A stretch of 17,704 nt of DNA. Origin: Myxococcota bacterium (GTDB taxonomy: Bacteria > Myxococcota > SpSt-1050). Positions 1-5,869 of this stretch are shown here, one piece after another (the first letter of the stretch is position 1; each line of letters starts with the position of its first letter). The notes below the pieces were generated by a model. It had not been told where the DNA came from and ran no database searches. It saw only the letters and a list, made by a program, of their open reading frames with translations. The position numbers and the translations under genes were made by a program. Where the stretch lies: contig JBMFOP010000066.1 in assembly GCA_049969675.1 (NCBI GenBank), forward strand, positions 1-17,704, given 5' to 3'.

Positions 1-11
1 TCTATCTATAG

Positions 12-35
12 AGGGCGCTTTCCGCGCCCTTTTTT
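12..35 (+). terminator. Rho-independent terminator of a gene upstream of the window
   Basis: 7-bp GC-rich stem AGGGCGC (12-18) / GCGCCCT (24-30), loop TTTCC, followed by a T run. Confidence 0.85.
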
Positions 36-245
36 ATTTATTCTCAGTTTTAACATCCCTAAAATTAAGTAATAGGTATTTTATCACATCAATTGTTAGA
101 ACAATAACTAATCAAGAATTATCCCCAATAACTATTGAATAACGCAAAAATAATGTCCTGTTTAAGGCATAGAAAATTAGCAAAAGAACAAAGGAGATTT
201 TGCTTCTGCTGAACAGCACAACTACATCTTCTGGCACTATTTGAA

Positions 246-626
246 TTACTTTAACTGATTAATAAAAGACCACAAATGTGATGCATTATCCTGATGGATG
301 CAGAAATAAAGTCTTATGCGATTTCTTTCTATAGAGATGCACAACTTCGCTATTATTGAAACCTTCATTTAAGAGTGAGTTTGTTGAAATAGGACTGGCG
401 TTGTCCCTCGTGGGGAATGTGTTTGGCTGGTAACAGGAGAGATAAGCAATCCACTTTCGTCTATGAAGACTATAGAGACTTTAACCCTCGCTGCTTTTTT
501 ATTACATATCCATTTTTCTTTTATCCATCGCCTGATCTCTTTTTCGTCACGCCCTTTGGCTATCAATTGGGGTTTGGGGGAGTTGCTTTCAAAATTCCTG
601 AACAGGCAATTTATTTCTTGAATAAA
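246..626 (-). pseudogene. Degenerate IS630-family transposase fragment (end of winged-HTH region plus start of DDE domain)
   Basis: Minus frame reads SPKPQLIAKGRDEKEIRRWIKEKW..KKAARVKVSIVFIDESGLLISPVTSQTHSPRGTTPVL, matching the IS630 pattern (QKP..RA.ERDE..I..W; IVF.DESG; TW.PRG.TPVL). After an in-frame TAA (369-371) it continues MKVSIIAKLCISIERNRIRLYFCIHQDNASHLWSFINQLK to TAA at 246-248. No N-terminus, later catalytic residues or terminal IRs recognised. Confidence 0.85.
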
Positions 627-672
627 ATTTGGTAATCTGTTAAATAGGTTGCGTTTATAAGGAGGTTGTATT

Positions 673-2388
673 ATGTTGAGAAATTTTGTGGTCTTTATGG
701 CTATTTTATCAATGATGGCTGGATGTATAAAAGAGGTCCCTAATCCAAAGTTTTCAAGTTCGGGGAATAAGGAGATAAGGATGTTTATTGATTCTATTGT
801 AAATGAACTTGCACCCATTGAGAAGGAACTCAATAGCACACAATATGCAGCGTGGGATAGTGGGAATGATGCCGATTATAAAAAGGCGGCTGAACTTGAA
901 ACAATGTATAGACTTAAACTCTCTGATAGAGAGAAGTTTGCCAAACTAAAAGAGTATAGGCAGCATAATATTAAAGACCCGACCCTCAGACGAGAGGTGG
1001 AGGTGCTATATCTGATGTTTTTAGAGAATCAGCTGGATAGGGATATTATTGAGGAGCTTGTAAAGAGGTCAAGTGAGATAGAGAAGAAGTTTAATACATT
1101 CAGGGCAAAGATTGATGAGAAAGAGGTCTCAATGAATGATATAAAGGATATCCTGAAGACATCAAAGGACAGGAAGTTGAGAGAGAAGGCATATCTTGCT
1201 CAGAAATCCATAGGGAAGGAGATCGGCAAAGAGATTGTAGATCTTATGAAGATAAGAAATTATGCAGCAAATAAAGTAGGATTTAAGGATTTCTATGAAT
1301 ACAGGCTGGCGATTCAGGAGCTTGATAGAGATTATGTCCTCAATCTCTTTGACAATCTTGTAAAACTTACAGAAGAGCCTTACAGGGTGGTTAAAAAAGA
1401 GATTGATGAAATTGTGGCACAAAATCTGGGAATAAAACCAGATGAGATAATGCCCTTTGACTACTTTGATCCGTTTTTTCAGGAGGCTCCAGAGTTCGCT
1501 GAATTGAATCTGGACAATTATTTCAAAAAATTGGACCTTGTAAAGGTTGCTACTGATTTCTATAAAGGTCTGGGGATGGACCCGGTTGATATTCTAAGCA
1601 GGAGCTCTTTATATGAGAAACCCAGAAAGAATCCTCACGCATTTGAAATGAGTGTTGATAGAATGAATGATATAAGGATTCTCTGTAATCTAAAAAATGA
1701 TTATGAGTGGATGACCACGCTTATTCACGAGCTCGGGCACGCATTATACGATAAATATACTGTAAAGGACCTGCCGTGGCTTTTGAGGGGTCCGGCATCC
1801 AGCTTTACGACTGAGGGAATTGCACAGATGTTTGAGAGGGCAGTAAGCAAAGATGGATTTTTGAAAAAATATGTGGGTATGTCAGAGGAAGAGAGGGCGA
1901 AATTTAGATATCTGTTTGATAAACAGCTTAAATTCAGGCAGCTTGTCTTTTTAAGATGGAGTGCTGTAATGGTCAATTTTGAGGCTCAGGCATATGCAAA
2001 TCCCGAGCAGAATTTAAATAAACTCTGGTGGGACCTTGTGGAGAAATATCAGCACATAAAGAGGATACCCAATAGGGATGAGCCCGATTATGCAGCAAAG
2101 ATTCATATAGCTACAGTTCCGGTATATTACCACAATTATATAATTGGAGAGCTCTATGGTTCCCAGCTACTATTTGCCATATCAAAACATCTGAATAAAA
2201 AGGATAAACTCTCAGATGTGAAGGTGGAGGAGGTAAATAAGATTGATTTTATTGATTCAACTGCTATTGGTGATTATCTGATAATGAAGGTCTTTGCACC
2301 CGGTGCGAGTCTCAACTGGAAGGAGTTTGTAAAATATACTACGGGTGAGGAACTCTCGCCTGAATATTTTGCAAAGCAGTTCTTTTAA
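673..2388 (+). CDS. Lipoprotein zinc metallopeptidase, gluzincin M2/M3-like (peptidyl-dipeptidase A / oligopeptidase F-like)
   Basis: 571-aa ORF; GGAGG RBS at 661-665; lipobox MAGC (Cys18); HEXXH motif HELGH, downstream TEGIA third ligand, and HIATVPVYYHNY motif. Confidence 0.9.
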   Translation: MLRNFVVFMAILSMMAGCIKEVPNPKFSSSGNKEIRMFIDSIVNELAPIEKELNSTQYAAWDSGNDADYKKAAELETMYRLKLSDREKFAKLKEYRQHNIKDPTLRREVEVLYLMFLENQLDRDIIEELVKRSSEIEKKFNTFRAKIDEKEVSMNDIKDILKTSKDRKLREKAYLAQKSIGKEIGKEIVDLMKIRNYAANKVGFKDFYEYRLAIQELDRDYVLNLFDNLVKLTEEPYRVVKKEIDEIVAQNLGIKPDEIMPFDYFDPFFQEAPEFAELNLDNYFKKLDLVKVATDFYKGLGMDPVDILSRSSLYEKPRKNPHAFEMSVDRMNDIRILCNLKNDYEWMTTLIHELGHALYDKYTVKDLPWLLRGPASSFTTEGIAQMFERAVSKDGFLKKYVGMSEEERAKFRYLFDKQLKFRQLVFLRWSAVMVNFEAQAYANPEQNLNKLWWDLVEKYQHIKRIPNRDEPDYAAKIHIATVPVYYHNYIIGELYGSQLLFAISKHLNKKDKLSDVKVEEVNKIDFIDSTAIGDYLIMKVFAPGASLNWKEFVKYTTGEELSPEYFAKQFF

Positions 2389-2402
2389 TTTATATTGAAG
2401 GG

Positions 2403-3515
2403 TTATTCAATAATCTCAATCATTATAGTCTGCACAGGCTGAGGAATCCCTTTTGCCTCAACAATATCTCCCTGTTTGAATTTTACCCTTCCCTGAATTG
2501 CCTGTGGATTCTTTTCAAGCTGGCTCTTGACAAGTTGAAATGAGTATTCTGACAATAAAATAAATCCACCGGGCGCGGCAGCACAGAGGCGGGAGGCAAG
2601 ATTTACATTGTGTCCGAGTACAGTATAATTTGTCAATTGTTCGGAGCCTATGTTTCCGACCACCATAATACCCGAATTTATTCCTATCCCGACCTTTGGT
2701 TGGGGTTTCCCTTCCTCTCCCCATTTTTTCAGTAATATGTTATGTGCCCTCTGCATATTGATTGCACAATTAACAGCCCTTAATGCGTGGTCTTCATAGG
2801 GGATTGGTGCACCGAATAATGCCATTACCTCATCGCCCACGATCTTGTCTACCATTGCATCAGAATCTATGACAGTCTTTATCATTACTGATAAGAATTC
2901 GTCAATTATCTCTTTAACCTGCTCTGGTTCAAGTCCTGAGGACATAGAGGTAAATCCCCTCAAATCAGCGAATAGAACAGAGAGTTCATACTTTTTAGGC
3001 TTGAAGACATCTACGCCCTGAGAGGTAATCTGGTCAATTACCTTTGGGGATACATATTTCTTAAAAGATTGCTCAATCATCTTGAGTTTGCTGATGTCCT
3101 CTACCATTATCTGCGCACCATCTTTTAAAACTGTGGCGGTGATTTTGATAAATCTTTCTTTGTTGTTTTGTGGGTGTATATATCTGGTCTCAATTTCATA
3201 GGGCCGCTGAAATCTTACTGCATTTGTAAGATACTCAACAAGCCTGCTCCCATTCAGGCCAGGTGCACTAATTGTAGAGATATGTGTCCCTACCATATCG
3301 TTTCGGCTCTTATGAAGATGATTCTCCGCCGCAGAATTCATATAGGTAATTTTAAAGTTCGCATCTGTCTGTATTACAATGTTAGTAAGCCCGAATATTG
3401 TTCTGGGAGAGGTTGAGGTAATGTTTGCCTCTTTTATCCTCTGTAATTCCTTTTCTAATTCTGCTATTCTTCTTTTATAGAGCTCTAATTCTTCTCTGTA
3501 TGAGTTTTCATCCAT
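2403..3515 (-). CDS. Soluble PAS-domain class III adenylate cyclase
   Basis: N-terminal coiled coil; PAS-like segment (IQTDANFKITYMNSAAE..L...DMVG); transducer element FKKYVSPKVIDQI; catalytic motifs FADLRGFT, DKIVGDEVMALFGAP, GIGINSG..VVGNIGS, YTVLG..VNLASRL. No TM segment. Confidence 0.93.
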   Translation of the reverse strand: MDENSYREELELYKRRIAELEKELQRIKEANITSTSPRTIFGLTNIVIQTDANFKITYMNSAAENHLHKSRNDMVGTHISTISAPGLNGSRLVEYLTNAVRFQRPYEIETRYIHPQNNKERFIKITATVLKDGAQIMVEDISKLKMIEQSFKKYVSPKVIDQITSQGVDVFKPKKYELSVLFADLRGFTSMSSGLEPEQVKEIIDEFLSVMIKTVIDSDAMVDKIVGDEVMALFGAPIPYEDHALRAVNCAINMQRAHNILLKKWGEEGKPQPKVGIGINSGIMVVGNIGSEQLTNYTVLGHNVNLASRLCAAAPGGFILLSEYSFQLVKSQLEKNPQAIQGRVKFKQGDIVEAKGIPQPVQTIMIEIIE

Positions 3516-3553
3516 AGAATTTTCCTATACTACAATAAATGGATAAAGTAAAA

Positions 3554-4183
3554 TTATTTTCTAAGCAGCACATATATCGCACCTGTCCCACCATCCTTTG
3601 GTTTGGCAGAGCAGAATGCAAGTATGTGTCTCCCCGTAGCCTTACTTGAAAGCCAGCCTACAAGAGCCTCCTTCAAAACTGGTATGTAATCCCTTGAATG
3701 CATCCCTCTACCATGGACGATCAGAACGCACCCCAGTCCGGTTCTTCGTGATCGCTCAATAAAGTTTTTGACCAATATCTTTGCCTCATCTTTAGTCTTT
3801 CCATGCAAATCCAGAAAGTCCTGATAGGCTATCTCCCCTCTCTTCAACTTTTTTAAGACATTTGGGTCATAATCCTTTATATTATACCCTTCAATATACT
3901 CTACTGTGTCATTAATCCAGAATTTTATATCTCTGTCAATAAGCCTATGCATAATCTCTTCATCTTCACTATACATATCAGGGGGCTTTGGTTCTCTTTT
4001 TCTGGGAATCTTGTTTGGATAGTGGAGTCTTTTAACCCCTTCCATCTCTTTTTTGAAGAGCTCCTCTTCAGTCAATTCTATGCTCCCTTCAGATTTTGAA
4101 AGTGGCTCTTCCTCCTCCTGTTTCTCTTCCTGCTTAATTAGTTCTATTTTAATTCTTTCAAGTTTCTTCTTAAAATCATCCAT
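3554..4183 (-). CDS. Stand-alone Smr-domain endonuclease (SmrA/SmrB-like)
   Basis: EEELFKKEMEGVKRL N-terminal helix, LKKLKRGE, LDLHG, IVHGRG.HS and AFCSA.PKDGGTGAIYVLL. Start moved to ATG 4183 (MDDFKK, 209 aa), 1 nt after the dodecin stop, because the longer ORF call overlaps dodecin. Confidence 0.92.
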   Translation of the reverse strand: MDDFKKKLERIKIELIKQEEKQEEEEPLSKSEGSIELTEEELFKKEMEGVKRLHYPNKIPRKREPKPPDMYSEDEEIMHRLIDRDIKFWINDTVEYIEGYNIKDYDPNVLKKLKRGEIAYQDFLDLHGKTKDEAKILVKNFIERSRRTGLGCVLIVHGRGMHSRDYIPVLKEALVGWLSSKATGRHILAFCSAKPKDGGTGAIYVLLRK

Positions 4184-4184
4184 A

Positions 4185-4394
4185 TCAGTCCAGATATTTG
4201 AAAGAGACCTTAACCCTTGCCCTATATGCAACAACTTTATTATTCTCAATCTTCATATCAAGGGCAGTTACCTCCGCAATCCTTAATTCTTTGAGGGATT
4301 TGCCAGCTTTTTCAACAGCGTTCTTTGCAGCATCTTCCCACGACTTGCTTGAAGTCCCTACCAGTTCAATAATCTTGTAAGTTGAATCTTTCAT
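4185..4394 (-). CDS. Dodecin-family protein, calcium-dodecin (Rv0379/SecE2)-like subgroup
   Basis: 69 aa from ATG 4394 with CAGGAGG RBS; YKIIELVGTS..SWEDAA..AV..A..SL..LRIAEV...DM.IEN.KV..YR.RVKVSFKY. Confidence 0.9.
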   Translation of the reverse strand: MKDSTYKIIELVGTSSKSWEDAAKNAVEKAGKSLKELRIAEVTALDMKIENNKVVAYRARVKVSFKYLD

Positions 4395-4418
4395 AATAAC
4401 CTCCTGAATTTGCATTAT

Positions 4419-4447
4419 ATAATATCAGGTTGGATGCAATTAGTAAA
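4419..4447 (-). promoter_or_regulatory. Putative sigma70 promoter of the dodecin-smr-cyclase unit
   Basis: Minus strand TTTACT-N17-TATTAT with a TGn extension (TGATATTAT); an overlapping TATAAT lies just downstream, shortly before the RBS. Confidence 0.5.
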
Positions 4448-4622
4448 GGTAAAAGGATACTCAAAAACCTTTTTTACAATATATAACAAAATCTTAGATT
4501 CTTTAATCGTAACTTCTACGCAAGATACTAAGAAGATTTTCAAGGCTTTTGGTTTCGGCAATGCCAAATTAGGTCAGTTCAAAAAATCTCCAGCGCTATT
4601 GTGAATTTAAAAGCCTCCTTCT

Positions 4623-4771
4623 TGCGCCTCTATGACAGGGTTCCATAATGGCGCAGTGGCTTTACTGCATTGGCACACTGATGGCATTTGACAGTCCTAT
4701 AGTTGACAGAGTTAGATGCCCTGGCGTCAAAGATGTTAAGATATCTCACTATGCTTTTGTTGTAAAAGTGT
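4623..4771 (+). other. Cluster of consecutive hairpins in a non-coding region (possible structured RNA or decayed element)
   Basis: TGCGCC..TATG/CATA..GGCGCA (4623-4655); GGCATTTGAC/GTTAGATGCC (4683-4720); TGGCGTC/GATGTTA (4722-4738); ATGCTTTTG/TAAAAGTGT (4751-4771). Several G-U pairs on the + strand. Confidence 0.3.
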
Positions 4772-4953
4772 GCTTCCCTTATAGCCTTTTTTATATCTGT
4801 GGAGTGAAATGAAAAAATTTTTAATTATTTCTGTCTCAACCCGATTCAATCTGGCTCACATTGTCACCTCTATCTGGTTCTCGTCAGGACTTAATCACCT
4901 GAGTATCCCAATATAATTTTTATAAAAAAATTTTTATATGGCGAACTAAAATC

Positions 4954-4969
4954 TGGCATATAATTTGAT
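4954..4969 (+). promoter_or_regulatory. Sigma54-like -24/-12 promoter
   Basis: TGGCATA-TAAT-TTGAT versus consensus TGGCACG-N4-TTGCW: correct spacing but a C-to-A change at -12. It lies 43 nt upstream of ATG 5013 and is preceded by an AT tract (4911-4939). Confidence 0.45.
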
Positions 4970-5012
4970 GGTAAAATGAAGATTTTCTATTTTTTAAGAA
5001 AGGAGTGTTCTT

Positions 5013-5732
5013 ATGAAGAGATTATTTTTATGCCTTGCAATTTTATTAATGGTGGTTTCCTGTGGTGTAGAGGATGAGACCCCGCAGGATAGTTCCCAAT
5101 CCAGAGATGTGGGAGTCTTAAGGCCAAATTGTAGTAGACTTGCAGATGAGTACGACAGGTGCATTTTAAGTATGTGTAAAGAAATTGACTATCCCTGTAT
5201 TTTATGTAACTGCATAAAAGCACATGGCGATGAGTGTAAATTTAGTGCTCATAAAGATCTGGATAATTGCTCTGAGAGTGAAGATGAGGAGGCTGAGTAT
5301 ATGCTTGATAATGTTATATGTAGTGAATATTTAGAAGGGTTTGAAGAGTTGTGCCCCCCTCCTAAGACAGATAATTGTAAAATTGAAAGAGATAATTGTT
5401 TTACTGACAATAATGAAAAAGGTATTTGTGTTAAATATGACAATAACAAAATTAAATGTGAAAAGTTATGTACAGATATTGGATATTCATATCAATGTTC
5501 AGCGGATGAGAGCTGCTATCCAGTTGATAAATTTTCGTTGTGTCTCGGCTCTGGCGGTCAGGGAGAGGGAAGGGGGTGCCAATATGTAAATGATTGTATT
5601 GGTGGCAATGTATGTCTTCAGGTGGAAGGTGGTTCGTTTAGTTGCTATAAGGTCTGTAAAAGTAATATGGAATGTGATTCAAGTAAGAGTTGTGTTGATA
5701 CAGGTATGGGCTATAGTGTTTGCACAAATTGA
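5013..5732 (+). CDS. Cysteine-rich lipoprotein of unknown function
   Basis: 239 aa; AAGGAG RBS; lipobox VVSC (Cys17); 26 further Cys arranged as a 10-Cys domain plus two 8-Cys modules; followed by a terminator. Confidence 0.88.
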   Translation: MKRLFLCLAILLMVVSCGVEDETPQDSSQSRDVGVLRPNCSRLADEYDRCILSMCKEIDYPCILCNCIKAHGDECKFSAHKDLDNCSESEDEEAEYMLDNVICSEYLEGFEELCPPPKTDNCKIERDNCFTDNNEKGICVKYDNNKIKCEKLCTDIGYSYQCSADESCYPVDKFSLCLGSGGQGEGRGCQYVNDCIGGNVCLQVEGGSFSCYKVCKSNMECDSSKSCVDTGMGYSVCTN

Positions 5733-5757
5733 AAACAGACTTACATTATTATTCATA

Positions 5758-5783
5758 AGGGTCCATATGCGGACCCTCTTTTT
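5758..5783 (+). terminator. Rho-independent terminator
   Basis: Stem AGGGTCC (5758-5764) / GGACCCT (5771-5777), 6-nt loop, then CTTTTT; 25 nt after the stop at 5732. Confidence 0.8.
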
Positions 5784-5869
5784 GTTTTAAACCTTAACTT
5801 TGCAAACTAAAGAGTTGTCAGGAATTTTGTGTCTGAGTTTGGTAGTAAAATTATAGGCAGTATTGGATT

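Noticed and set aside
274..292. AAATGTGA CRP half-site
   Set aside because: The second half-site is missing and it lies inside the transposase remnant.
627..839. N-terminal half of ORF 369..839, and ORF 417..635
   Set aside because: Antisense shadows of the peptidase start and the IS630 remnant; no independent coding signal.
4184..4249. Longer Smr start (4249), and likewise the longer dodecin start (4415)
   Set aside because: The first overlaps dodecin; the second runs through the RBS. ATG 4183 and ATG 4394 fit better.
2403..4394. Cyclase + nuclease as a Pycsar/CBASS-like defence system
   Set aside because: The cyclase has ordinary ATP-specifying residues and a PAS sensor; no cNMP-binding, TIR or TM effector is adjacent, and the Smr protein has no nucleotide-sensing domain.
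4410..4604. 64-aa ORF with TQDTKKIFKAFGF, vaguely like a transposase C-terminus
   Set aside because: No RBS, overlaps the dodecin promoter, and the similarity is too short to support without BLASTX.
4683..4720. Hairpin ending in GTTAGAT (GTTRRRY) as an integron attC site
   Set aside because: Only 38 bp, left end is not RYYYAAC, and there is no integrase or cassette array.
5013..5732. Cys-rich protein as a multiheme cytochrome or ferredoxin
   Set aside because: No CxxCH or CxxCxxCxxxC motifs; exported protein with disulfide-type spacing.
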